Shown: positions 9,081-17,804 of the stretch, piece after piece | Position numbering within the stretch: the stretch's first letter is position 1 | Layout: each line of letters begins with the position of its first letter | Source of the DNA: Methanomicrobiales archaeon | GTDB taxonomy: Archaea; Halobacteriota; Methanomicrobia; Methanomicrobiales; JACTUA01 | Assembly: GCA_034679905.1 (NCBI GenBank) | Contig: JAXDAH010000141.1 | Location: 1-41,079 of the forward strand | DNA length: 41,079 nucleotides | Reading direction: 5' to 3' | The notes under the pieces: generated by a model | The model's database searches: none | What the model was told of the DNA's origin: nothing | Seen by the model: only the letters and a program-made list of their open reading frames with translations | Position numbers and translations under genes: made by a program

Positions 9081-10010
9081 ATGGGTCATCCTACCTGGTT
9101 GGTCGTCCACGGCTACGGCGCCCACATCAAGGCCACGCAGTCGCAGCTGATCGTCCAGCGGGGCGGGGTGCTGGAGCGGCATCCCCTGGACACCGTGCAG
9201 CACCTGCTGGTGCTGGGCGGACACACCATCCATTCCGCCGCCGTCACGACACTCCTGAAGGGCGGAGCGTCCATCACCTTCTTCGATCCCGACGGCACCC
9301 CCCTCGGGATGCTCCACCGCTACGGGGACCGTCCGCAGGAGCGGATCCGCTCCGCCCAGCAGAGTTCTCCCGGATGGAAGTACGCGATCGCCATCGCGAC
9401 GACGGCGATCCGGATCCGCACCCTGCACGTGGAGCAGCTCGCCGAAGCCGCGGACGAGCCGCTCCTCTTCGAGGGCGAGTCCTTGCTGCTCCACCAGGCC
9501 CAGCAGGAGCTCGAGTACCTGGTGCGGATGGAGGAGGTGCGGCGGCTCTACAGGCTCACCACGGACATGTACTACGAGATCCTGGCGCGGACCCTCCCGC
9601 CGGAGCTCGGGTTCCGCCGGCGGACCGAGCGCCCGCATCGCGACCCGGTCAACGCCCTCCTCTCCCTGGGATACGCGGTCCTCTTCAGTGCCTGCAGCGT
9701 CGCGGTGCACGGGGCCTACATGGACCCGGACCTCGGGATGCTCCACGAGGGGGCGGCGGGGCTGATCCACGACATCACCGAGACACTGAAACCCCGCATG
9801 GTGGATGCGGTCGTCTTCGCGATGGCCCGAAACGGTATCGCTCCCGACGCCTACGAGTGCACGGAGAAGCGCTGCCACCTCTCGCCCGACCTCACGGAGG
9901 CGCTCATCGAAGCACTGCACGAGTCCGTCCGGCAGGAGGAGATCGACACCTACGTCAACAGTCTCCGCGAGTCCCTGCTCTACAACACACCGTTTCAGGT
10001 CTCGTCCTGA
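9081..10010 (+). CDS. cas1: CRISPR-associated endonuclease Cas1 homolog, stand-alone
   Basis: ATG at 9081 preceded by GAGGTG. N-terminal beta-domain pattern (LVVHGYGAHIKA..LIVQRGG..PLDTVQHLLVLGGHTIHSAAVTTLLKGGASITFFDPDGTPLG). C-terminal motifs RPHRDPVNALLSLGYAVL and GMLHEGAAGLIHDITETLKPRMVD (His plus acidic pair). Confidence 0.8.
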   Translation: MGHPTWLVVHGYGAHIKATQSQLIVQRGGVLERHPLDTVQHLLVLGGHTIHSAAVTTLLKGGASITFFDPDGTPLGMLHRYGDRPQERIRSAQQSSPGWKYAIAIATTAIRIRTLHVEQLAEAADEPLLFEGESLLLHQAQQELEYLVRMEEVRRLYRLTTDMYYEILARTLPPELGFRRRTERPHRDPVNALLSLGYAVLFSACSVAVHGAYMDPDLGMLHEGAAGLIHDITETLKPRMVDAVVFAMARNGIAPDAYECTEKRCHLSPDLTEALIEALHESVRQEEIDTYVNSLRESLLYNTPFQVSS

Positions 10011-10282
10011 TGCCTGCTCCGCTGCACGGAAAACTGCGAGAAATCGGTATCGGGGTGGGGCAGGATCTCCAGTTCGCGGACGACCGCCCGCGGGCAGCCG
10101 TATAGCATCGAGGTGAACTTCTCGAGAATCACCGGATCGGCGCTCGCCACGACCCGCACCCGGCCGTCGGGGAGGTTCTCCACCTCCCCCCCGATGCCCA
10201 GGTTGACCGCCATCTTGCGGATGCAGGAGCGGAAACCCACCTTCTGGACGCGGCCGGCGATCAGAATCTCAACCGTCTTCAC
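9995..10282 (-). CDS. acyP: acylphosphatase
   Basis: 95 aa. GRVQKVGFRSCIRKMAVNLGIGGEVENLPDGRV matches the acylphosphatase signature. GTG start overlaps the stop of the upstream 1194-aa gene (GTGA). The 3' end overlaps cas1 by 16 nt (convergent). Confidence 0.85.
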   Translation of the reverse strand: MKTVEILIAGRVQKVGFRSCIRKMAVNLGIGGEVENLPDGRVRVVASADPVILEKFTSMLYGCPRAVVRELEILPHPDTDFSQFSVQRSRHQDET

Positions 10283-13200
10283 ACAAGGCGCTCCACCATG
10301 ATCCGCAACGCCACATCCAGCTCATCGAAGACTGTATCGCGGAGGTTGTCCTCCCGCACGTTCATGGCCGCATTCACCGCCATACCCAGGATATCGCGGC
10401 TCCGCTCCACCTCGTCGCCGGCGTAGACCCGCAGCGCCATATCCCCGAGGACGTACGCCCGCCGCGAGAGGGGGCGGATGATGGAGGCCTCCTCGACGGC
10501 GTACTGCAGAAGCCGATCGGCCACTTTGTCCTGCCCCCCGTCCCGCGCGAGGAGAGAGAGCTCCACGGCGTACTGGGCCCGCTTCGCACGGTCCGGCAGG
10601 GAGCGGATGGCCCGATCGACGGACGCGGCTTCCTGGACCGTGAACCGCCCCTTGTCGATGCTGTCGTAAGCCTGGCGCAGGAGGCGGTAGGCGTTGGTGG
10701 CTGCCATATCCTCCCCGGCGGCGCCGAGCTGGGAGAGAAGCGTATCCCGAACCTGCTCGTCCGGGATGCCGCCCGCGACGCGAATCGCCCGCTTCCGCAG
10801 GGACTCGTCCCCCCGCTTGGCGTGCAGCATCAGCAGGAGCTGCACGATGCCCTTCTTCACCATAGAGGAGATGAAGGGGATCTGGATCGCTTCGACCGCC
10901 TTCTCCGCCTCCCCGAGCAGGCGGATGCTGTCGTCCTTCTCGCCGTAGGTCTCGGCGAGGGGGATCACGTCGAGCAGCATGGAGGCCCGATCGTAGGGCA
11001 GCGGGATGTCCAGGATCCCCTGGTAAATGGACGACAGGATGCCCTTCCCCTTGGCGCTCTGGATCACGATGGGGAAGATGGCAACGAGCGCGTTCACGTA
11101 TTCGATCGGATCCTGAATCTGCTTCACGAGATCCAGCGTCATGTCGATGTACTCGTCCCGCGGGTTCAGCGCCTGGATGCTCACGACGGAGAGGACGATC
11201 TGGCGGCGGAGCTGGGAACTCCGCTCCTCGTCCACCATCGGCAGGAGGTCGAGCGCCTCGTTCAGGGCCTGGCGGGCCTCCTCCTCGTCCACCTTCCCGA
11301 GAAGCCCGGAGAGGTCGGAGAGGATCAGCACCCGTTCGTAGATGTCCTTCACCTGACCCGCGGCGGTGTGCACCCGGTGCAGGATCTCCTGGGCACGCCG
11401 TGTCTTCTTGATCCGCAGGTAGGAGTCGGCCAGGTTGGCCATCCGCGAGAGCTTCAGGTAGGAGTCGCCCGTGAGGGAGAGGAAACGGTAGGTCAGGTCC
11501 AGGATCACCATCGAGGTCTTCGCGTGCTCCAGGCGCTGCAGCAGGTCGACCATCACCTCGTTCGGTCCGGGCGAGTCCATGTCCTCCACGAAGTCCTTGA
11601 AGTTGGAAGCGACCCGGTAGATCATCGCGTTCCGCTCGAGCGGACTCTCGATCTCCAGGATGAACAGCGCAAGCGGGATGATGTAGCTCGGGTTCTTCTG
11701 GTTCTGCTTGTACTCCAGGATGATGTCGATATAGCGGGCCAGTTTGAGCGCGATCTGGGGACGGTTCTTCTGCTCTTTCAAGAGCTGGACCGCCCGCTCG
11801 TAGGGCTCGAGCTGCCGGGCAAAGGCGAGCGGATCCTCGGGCTCCGGGTTCGCCTCGGCAAAGAGGAGGCAGCCGATCCGCACCAGCCCCTCCAGTATGT
11901 TCTCCCGCAGCTGCTGCCGCAGCGAGAGATCCGCGATCTGCTGGGTGAGAGCGTAGGCCTCGTTCAGGGCGTCGGGAGAGAGCTGGTGGATGCCGTAGCG
12001 GATCATGCCGTTGATCACGCTCTCGTAGGCGTAGAGCTCGAAGTCCTTGTCCAGCAGGTCGCTGCTCCAGACCCGCATGCGGTTCAAGAGATTCAGGTCG
12101 TTCTGCTCCACGGCGAGGAGGGAGGCCTCGTCGATGATCCGGCAGAGGGCCTCCGAGCGCGAGCGCTGCCCCTCGATCGCGCAGGTGAGCCCGACGGCCC
12201 GCTGGAGGAGGTCCCGGTTCCGGCGGGTGACGGCGATCTTGGCCATCTCAATCACGATGAAGGAGATCGCCTTCTCCCGCTCCGCCTGGTTGCTCATCTG
12301 GTCCGCCATGTTGATCAGGATGGAGGCGTCGTGGAACTGGACAAATCCTCGTTCGAGCAGGATGCGGATGCAGCTCATCAGGAGCTCGTCCTGATGGGTG
12401 TGCATGCGGATCAGGGACTCGATCGCGGTGATGTGGGAGACGATCAGGTCGAAGTCGTACTCCTTGCAGATCTCGGCTACGGCACGGGCGATGAGCGTGT
12501 CGCGGGTGTCGGCGTCGTAGAGGTCGATGATCTTTCGCTGCAGGAGTTCGATCTCGTACTTCAGCACGCCCTCCTTGATGAGCCGCACGCTGGTATCGAG
12601 GGCATGCTTGCCGGCCCGCTCGTGGGGGGATCCGATCCTTGAGAAGATATCGAGAGCGTTGTAGAACTCCCCGCCCCGCAGGAGGCTGTTGATGATCAGC
12701 AGGTACTGGGAAAGGTAGGACTCGGTCGACTCCCGGGCAGCCTCCTCCAGGATCGGGACGACGCCCAGGAGGATGGTGATGTCGCCGACATGCTCCACGA
12801 CCGCGGTGCTGGCGCTCACGATCTCCTTCACCGGGTGCCAGCCCGGGTCCTCCACGCGCTCGTTGAACTCCAGCGCCTTCTCCAGGTACCAGCGGTCGCC
12901 GCTCTTCTCCGCCTTCTCCAGCAGCTTGATGACGATGCACGTGGCCGACAGCGGGATATCCTTCTCCAGCTTGAGGAGCGTGCTGTAGATCTGCCGCTTC
13001 TCCCGCAGGCGGTCCAGCAGCTGCTCGATCAGCACCGCGATAATCTCCACCCGCCGGGGCTCCGGCACGTCCTCCATCTCGTCCAGGACGGACTTTATAT
13101 CCGAGACGTGTTTCCCGAGCACCGAGCGGGAGGTCTTCTCCGCGATGCTCGCGATGCAGTTTAAGCGGCGGATCTTCTGCTTGATCTCCGTGGCGCTGCG

Positions 13201-13863
13201 GAAGGCGTCCACCACGATGCCGAGATCCTGGCGGAGGATGCCGATCGTGGCGATCGCCTTCGCCAGTTCGCTGTGGAGGAGCGAGCGTTTCGAGATGTCC
13301 CCCATCAGCTCGGTCAGCTCGAGAGAGGTGTAGAGCAGCCGGGTCTCCTTGACGTTGATGCTCCAGACGATGATTAAGGGGATGATGTCGATGAGGATAT
13401 TGGATCGGTACTTCCGGAACCCGATGTGCTGGACGATATCCATGCCCTTCTCGATCAGGACTGCGTCCTTGCGGTTCACGCCGGCCTCGATAAGCTCCTT
13501 GCTGATGGTCGCGAGGACCTTGCTCTGGTAGCTCTTCCGCTTCAGCTTGTCGCAGAGCTCGAAGACCGCCTGGAGCCAGAGCTCGTCTTTGGTCTCCACG
13601 TACATCTGGGAGGCCCGGACGGCAACCTCGTCGATCTCGGCATCGGAGAGTTCGTCCAGGACCGACAGCATCTCGGGGGACCGCTCCTTGAAGATGGTGG
13701 TGACAATCGTCTTGTTGATGGAGTCCAGGATGAGCTTTCGCTCTTTGCGCCTCTGAATGGTGGAAACGTTCCGGATGAGGTGCCGCACCTCGTCCTGGTC
13801 CCGCCGGGAGAGCGCCAGGTTGATCTTCTGTTTGATATTGATATTACTCTCGTCTACAGCCAC
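10279..13863 (-). CDS. large (1194 aa) all-alpha helical-repeat protein of unknown function
   Basis: Single uninterrupted ORF whose amino-acid composition is coding-like (Leu/Ile/Glu/Lys/Arg/Ala-rich), unlike the Arg/Gly/Pro antisense artefacts. Repetitive helix-turn-helix-like periodicity with no catalytic motif recognised. GTG start at 13863, just downstream of a TTAAAATA box. Confidence 0.85.
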   Translation of the reverse strand: MAVDESNINIKQKINLALSRRDQDEVRHLIRNVSTIQRRKERKLILDSINKTIVTTIFKERSPEMLSVLDELSDAEIDEVAVRASQMYVETKDELWLQAVFELCDKLKRKSYQSKVLATISKELIEAGVNRKDAVLIEKGMDIVQHIGFRKYRSNILIDIIPLIIVWSINVKETRLLYTSLELTELMGDISKRSLLHSELAKAIATIGILRQDLGIVVDAFRSATEIKQKIRRLNCIASIAEKTSRSVLGKHVSDIKSVLDEMEDVPEPRRVEIIAVLIEQLLDRLREKRQIYSTLLKLEKDIPLSATCIVIKLLEKAEKSGDRWYLEKALEFNERVEDPGWHPVKEIVSASTAVVEHVGDITILLGVVPILEEAARESTESYLSQYLLIINSLLRGGEFYNALDIFSRIGSPHERAGKHALDTSVRLIKEGVLKYEIELLQRKIIDLYDADTRDTLIARAVAEICKEYDFDLIVSHITAIESLIRMHTHQDELLMSCIRILLERGFVQFHDASILINMADQMSNQAEREKAISFIVIEMAKIAVTRRNRDLLQRAVGLTCAIEGQRSRSEALCRIIDEASLLAVEQNDLNLLNRMRVWSSDLLDKDFELYAYESVINGMIRYGIHQLSPDALNEAYALTQQIADLSLRQQLRENILEGLVRIGCLLFAEANPEPEDPLAFARQLEPYERAVQLLKEQKNRPQIALKLARYIDIILEYKQNQKNPSYIIPLALFILEIESPLERNAMIYRVASNFKDFVEDMDSPGPNEVMVDLLQRLEHAKTSMVILDLTYRFLSLTGDSYLKLSRMANLADSYLRIKKTRRAQEILHRVHTAAGQVKDIYERVLILSDLSGLLGKVDEEEARQALNEALDLLPMVDEERSSQLRRQIVLSVVSIQALNPRDEYIDMTLDLVKQIQDPIEYVNALVAIFPIVIQSAKGKGILSSIYQGILDIPLPYDRASMLLDVIPLAETYGEKDDSIRLLGEAEKAVEAIQIPFISSMVKKGIVQLLLMLHAKRGDESLRKRAIRVAGGIPDEQVRDTLLSQLGAAGEDMAATNAYRLLRQAYDSIDKGRFTVQEAASVDRAIRSLPDRAKRAQYAVELSLLARDGGQDKVADRLLQYAVEEASIIRPLSRRAYVLGDMALRVYAGDEVERSRDILGMAVNAAMNVREDNLRDTVFDELDVALRIMVERLV

Positions 13864-14040
13864 AGTACATCCCGTATTTTAATGTATATACGACATAGGA
13901 TATAAGAATATTCCTATTAATTATTACTCCTTAAAATTTCGGAAATTTTTAATTACGAAAAATATGGGGGCACTTGAATATCTAGAGGGATACATGACCA
14001 ATCATATAAAAATGCCCGAATATCACAGAGAAAAGCATAA
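13864..14040 (-). promoter_or_regulatory. AT-rich promoter island upstream of the 1194-aa gene; also the 3' region of glmM with T-tracts
   Basis: A run of A/T-rich sequence with several TATA-like boxes (ttaaaata, taattaataat, aatttttaatta) between the two minus-strand genes. Confidence 0.5.
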
Positions 14041-14143
14041 ATTTCTGGAAATGCTCTCTCCGTTCATTAAAAGCGAGCTCTGCCCATTCGTTCCCGATGA
14101 ACCCGCACGAAATCACCAGAGCGGCGATAAGAAGGGCTGGTTC

Positions 14144-15517
14144 TTAGAATTGGCCGCTTTCTGCTTCGATGCAGCGGATCAGCTCTTCGTAGAAACGTTT
14201 TGCCCTCTCCCTGTCGCTGGACTCCACGATCACCCGCACCAGAGGCTCGGTGCCGGATGCCCGCACGAGCGCCCAGCTGTCGTCGCGGACGATCCGGATG
14301 CCGTCGGTGAAGTCCAGGGCATCGCCGGCGTAGGCCTTCTCGATCCGCCGCAGGATCTCCAGCGGCATGCGGGTGCGGATCTTCTGCTGGATCGTGTAAT
14401 GGGGCGGCAGTCGGGCGACCAGGGAGGAGAGGGGCTGCCCCTCCTGGGCGAGGAGGTGCACCATCATCGCTGCGGCCATCGCGCCATCGCGGCAGAACTG
14501 GAACGAGGGGAAGATCAGCCCGCCGTTGCCCTCGCCCCCGAAGACCACGGGTTCGCCGGCGGCGGCCAGCTCCCGCATTCTCCGCGCCACGTATACGCTC
14601 CCGACGGGGGTGTACTCGATCCGGCAGCCGCTCTGTGCGGCTACGTCCTCGATCACGCGGGAGCAGCTCACCGGCGCCACCACGACGCCCTTCTTTGCAC
14701 GGCAGACGAACTGTTCGATGAGGGCGAACTCGTCCACCTCGTCCACGAACCGTCCGGTCTCGTCCACGAAGACCGCCCGGTCGGCATCCCCGTCGTGCGC
14801 AACGCCAAATGCCGCCCCGCTGCCCCGAACCAGTTCGGACAGCCCGGCAAGACCCTCCACGGAGGGTTCGGGCATCCTTCCGGGAAAACGGCCGTCCATC
14901 TGGGCGTGGATGGTGAAGACTCGACAGTTCAGGGCGGTGAGGATCGCCGGCGTCGTATGGCAGGAGGGGCCGGAGCCGGGGTCCACCGCGACGGTCATGC
15001 CGGTGCCGATCGGCCCGCGGAACTGCTCCACGACGCCGCGAACGTAGCCCTGCACCAGATGGGGGGCGGAGGTCTCGCTCCCCACGCCGCTCCAGGGAGC
15101 CGCACGGAAGTCCCGGTTGAAGATCCGCTGTTCGAGGACCAGGAGTTTCTCGTCCCCCATCTCGGTCCCGTCCGCATCGATGACCTTGACGCCGTTGTAC
15201 TCCGGCGGATTGTGGGAGGCGGTGATCATCGCCCCGCCCCCGTAGCCCTGCTGCCGCATCAGGTACTGGAGGGCCGGCGTCGGGAGGATGCCGAGGTCGA
15301 CCACATCGCAGCCCGTGGCCATGACCCCCCCTTTGAGGGCGCTCGCGAGCGCCTCTCCCGATGTCCGCGTGTCCCGCCCGACGCCGATGATGCCGCTCGT
15401 CATGGAACCCAGCGCCGCGCCGATGTGGAGCGCCAGCTCCGGTGTCATCGCCTCCCCGACGATGCCCCGAACGCCGTTCGTGCCGAACAACCGCTTCTCA
15501 ACCTTCCGCACGCCCAC
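14144..15517 (-). CDS. glmM: phosphohexomutase family protein (archaeal phosphoglucosamine mutase / phosphomannomutase)
   Basis: LFGTNGVRG N-terminus, active-site TASHNPPEYNGVK, metal loop HDGDADR. Start is GTG at 15517 or 15511 (uncertain). Confidence 0.88.
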   Translation of the reverse strand: MGVRKVEKRLFGTNGVRGIVGEAMTPELALHIGAALGSMTSGIIGVGRDTRTSGEALASALKGGVMATGCDVVDLGILPTPALQYLMRQQGYGGGAMITASHNPPEYNGVKVIDADGTEMGDEKLLVLEQRIFNRDFRAAPWSGVGSETSAPHLVQGYVRGVVEQFRGPIGTGMTVAVDPGSGPSCHTTPAILTALNCRVFTIHAQMDGRFPGRMPEPSVEGLAGLSELVRGSGAAFGVAHDGDADRAVFVDETGRFVDEVDEFALIEQFVCRAKKGVVVAPVSCSRVIEDVAAQSGCRIEYTPVGSVYVARRMRELAAAGEPVVFGGEGNGGLIFPSFQFCRDGAMAAAMMVHLLAQEGQPLSSLVARLPPHYTIQQKIRTRMPLEILRRIEKAYAGDALDFTDGIRIVRDDSWALVRASGTEPLVRVIVESSDRERAKRFYEELIRCIEAESGQF

Positions 15518-15533
15518 GCACGCCCCCGCACTC

Positions 15534-16256
15534 CTATCCAGTATGGTGCAGCCTTCTCTTTATCTTTTCCAGGGACTCGCCCGCCGCTCGCAACGCTGCC
15601 GCCGAATCCTCCGCCAGAACCGCGATGCAGACGATGCCCGCGGGGCTGCGGTGCAGGCGCACGCCGACGATCCCCGCCATGCCCTCTGTCTCCCGGCGGA
15701 TCTCCTCGAGTGCGGCAGCGATTCCTGCAGGAGACGGTACCGTCTCCCCGCCGCTCGCGTCCTCCACCCGTCCCCGATACGTGACGACGGCCCCCCGGTC
15801 CGGACCGTGTTCCCGCTGCAGAGCGGCGACCAGCCCCGGCAGCGTGACGTAGTCCTGGAAGCGAGGGAGGGCTTCGACGACCTCCTCGACGGTGGGATTG
15901 CGGAGAACCGTGTTCTCCGCGACGAGATCCCCGATGACGATCTTGGGAAAGGCCCGGGCCTTGAACCCCTCGATGATAGCGTACTCGACGCCCGCATCCG
16001 CGAGCAGGAAGAGCACCGCATCCAGATCCGCGTCTGCCGCCACGAGGACGGCCTTCTCGGTATCGATGCCCACCGAGAGCGCCGCCCCCTCCGCACGGTA
16101 ACGGGTGGTGTCCTTCCCCGCCTCCAGGGCATAGCGGTGGTGGCCCAGGTGCTTCACCGCGGCCGTCTTCCCGAGCGGGGCGAGGCGGTGGATCAGGTCC
16201 GCGATGAAGGTGGTCTTTCCGGCGCCGGAGGTGCCCGCCACGTGGATGATCTGCAT
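15534..16256 (-). CDS. mobB: molybdopterin-guanine dinucleotide biosynthesis protein B (MobB) with an extra C-terminal domain
   Basis: N-terminal P-loop VAGTSGAGKTTFI followed by VKHLGHH, typical of MobB. C-terminal region of about 100 aa is unassigned. The ATG abuts the stop of the upstream gene (16256/16257). Confidence 0.75.
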   Translation of the reverse strand: MQIIHVAGTSGAGKTTFIADLIHRLAPLGKTAAVKHLGHHRYALEAGKDTTRYRAEGAALSVGIDTEKAVLVAADADLDAVLFLLADAGVEYAIIEGFKARAFPKIVIGDLVAENTVLRNPTVEEVVEALPRFQDYVTLPGLVAALQREHGPDRGAVVTYRGRVEDASGGETVPSPAGIAAALEEIRRETEGMAGIVGVRLHRSPAGIVCIAVLAEDSAAALRAAGESLEKIKRRLHHTG

Positions 16257-16778
16257 CTACGCGCCGCTCTCCCGTTCGGGCTGCTCCTTCCGCAGCCGTG
16301 CGGACGCCTCCGCCACCCTCCGCATGACCTCGGCGATCCGGTCTTCGATCTCGATCTCGCTGTCGATGTCGAGCGTGGTCCCCTCCACCTCCAGCAGGAA
16401 CCGCGCCACCTCACTCGCCTCGAAGAGCACGTCGTCCAGCTCGTCGGCGGTGAAGAATCCGCACATCGCACCGTAGAAGAAGGTGGCCCCGGCCTTCTTC
16501 ACCTTCCGCTTGAACGAGGACCTCGCCTGGTTCACGGCCTGCGGGGAGTAGGTGTCGACCATGAACGGGACGAGCTCCGGCAGGTGCTGGCCGATGTAGG
16601 TCATCTCCGCGCCGCTCGAGGTCTTGAAGTCCGCGCAGAGCCGCCCGATCGCCCACTCCCGCGCGGTGATGTAGGTATGCTTGCGGAGGAACTGGTTCAC
16701 TTTGAGGTAGGTCTCGCCATCCACCTTCTTGAACTTCTGGTACTTGTCGGGTTGCACCCGCTCGCCAGACTCTTCCAT
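16257..16778 (-). CDS. conserved-looking hypothetical protein (173 aa)
   Basis: ATG start, coding-like composition, directly abuts mobB (operon). Acidic C-terminal helix. No family named with confidence. Confidence 0.7.
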   Translation of the reverse strand: MEESGERVQPDKYQKFKKVDGETYLKVNQFLRKHTYITAREWAIGRLCADFKTSSGAEMTYIGQHLPELVPFMVDTYSPQAVNQARSSFKRKVKKAGATFFYGAMCGFFTADELDDVLFEASEVARFLLEVEGTTLDIDSEIEIEDRIAEVMRRVAEASARLRKEQPERESGA

Positions 16779-16986
16779 TCAGAGAACGGTTTGAGGGCTA
16801 TCGTATTCAAATCATTGGTTCGCGGTAGAACCCCCACCCGTTCCGCCCCTATACGGGGCTCGAGGATTCCCACTGGCGTCTGCAGCGGCAGACGGCGCCT
16901 CTCATCGAAGGATGCATCAGTCAGGATGGCAGGAAAAGGATTCGGGGTCAGGAGAACCCCCGTGGACCGGCGGGGGGAAGGGTTCT

Positions 16987-17388
16987 TCAGATGGCGGCGG
17001 GCTTCAGAGCCCAGGTCTTCTGCTCGTACTCGCGGGCCAGATCCTGTACCGGCGGGAGTTCCTGACCGTTGATACGGATGGGCTGATCGGGATCGTTGCC
17101 ATTCAGGTAATCGGTGAGCACCGCGTCGATGGCGGCGATATCGATCCAGTCCAGCTGGAGCCACTTGGACTTCATGCTCGAGAAGGACTCCTTCTTCACC
17201 TCTTTGAGAAGGCTGCTGAAGGCCTCCAGGGTCTTGAGCTTGATGGACTCCTTGTCCAGCTTGAACTGGGTGAGCTGGTACCAGGCGGGTCGCTTCATGC
17301 CGTCGTGCTGGATGATCAGCTTGTACCGGTCGAGGCGATTCTTGCAGAGAATGATATCGAATGTTTTGTGCGCAATGTCGATCTTCAT
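16987..17388 (-). CDS. hypothetical protein (133 aa)
   Basis: ATG preceded by a strong GGAAGGAGA RBS and an AT-rich promoter island. Lys/Leu/Asp-rich coding-like composition. Confidence 0.65.
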   Translation of the reverse strand: MKIDIAHKTFDIILCKNRLDRYKLIIQHDGMKRPAWYQLTQFKLDKESIKLKTLEAFSSLLKEVKKESFSSMKSKWLQLDWIDIAAIDAVLTDYLNGNDPDQPIRINGQELPPVQDLAREYEQKTWALKPAAI

Positions 17389-17560
17389 CGTATCTCCTTC
17401 CGGGGGGGTTCCTTTCGGGAATGTATTATATTTCGTTTAATATTAAAATACAATTCGGTCGAAAGGGATTTCCAAAATGCAGCAGTATTTTTGGTTTTTT
17501 TAGAATTTTTTTTCAATTTATACAGAACGGATAATATATAATGCTGAAATATAACAGTAA
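17389..17560 (-). promoter_or_regulatory. AT-rich promoter island
   Basis: About 170 nt of A/T-rich sequence with TATA-like boxes and T-runs, immediately 5' of the minus-strand gene 16987..17388. Confidence 0.45.
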
Positions 17561-17804
17561 CTTTTATATTACCAGTTCGCGCACCTGGCGTTTTCCTGCA
17601 CCTCCGCACCCGCGCCGACAGGCACCCGCTGACCAGCCGGCATCCGCTGCATAGGTGCGGACGGGATCGCCGGCCACGCTTCGGGAACTGCCCCGGCAGT
17701 GGCGGCGCGGAAGCGATCCGTGGCTGCCATTGTCAGCGCCGATCGGGCCTGTGCTGTCCCCCTGTGGATATCCTTCGCCCCGCCCGCTTCCGGCGAGGGC
17801 GATC

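Noticed and set aside
7675-13863. Casposon or CRISPR-Cas locus around cas1
   Set aside because: No family-B polymerase motifs (for example YGDTDS) in the 1194-aa protein or elsewhere. No cas2 or other cas genes. No regularly spaced near-identical repeats anywhere in the window. I could not identify terminal inverted repeats by eye, though a computational TIR search is still advisable.
13964-14143. Small gene in the AT-rich spacer (MGALEYLEGYMTNHIKMPEYHREKHKF...)
   Set aside because: The frame has no stop and runs 1.6 kb antisense through glmM and mobB. The AT-rich part is better explained as promoter and terminator sequence for the flanking minus-strand genes.
17776-17801. 9-bp bulged GC hairpin just 3' of the DUF2156 stop, as a terminator
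   Set aside because: No adjoining T-tract on the transcribed (minus) strand, so archaeal terminator function is not supported. Such GC hairpins are frequent in this DNA.
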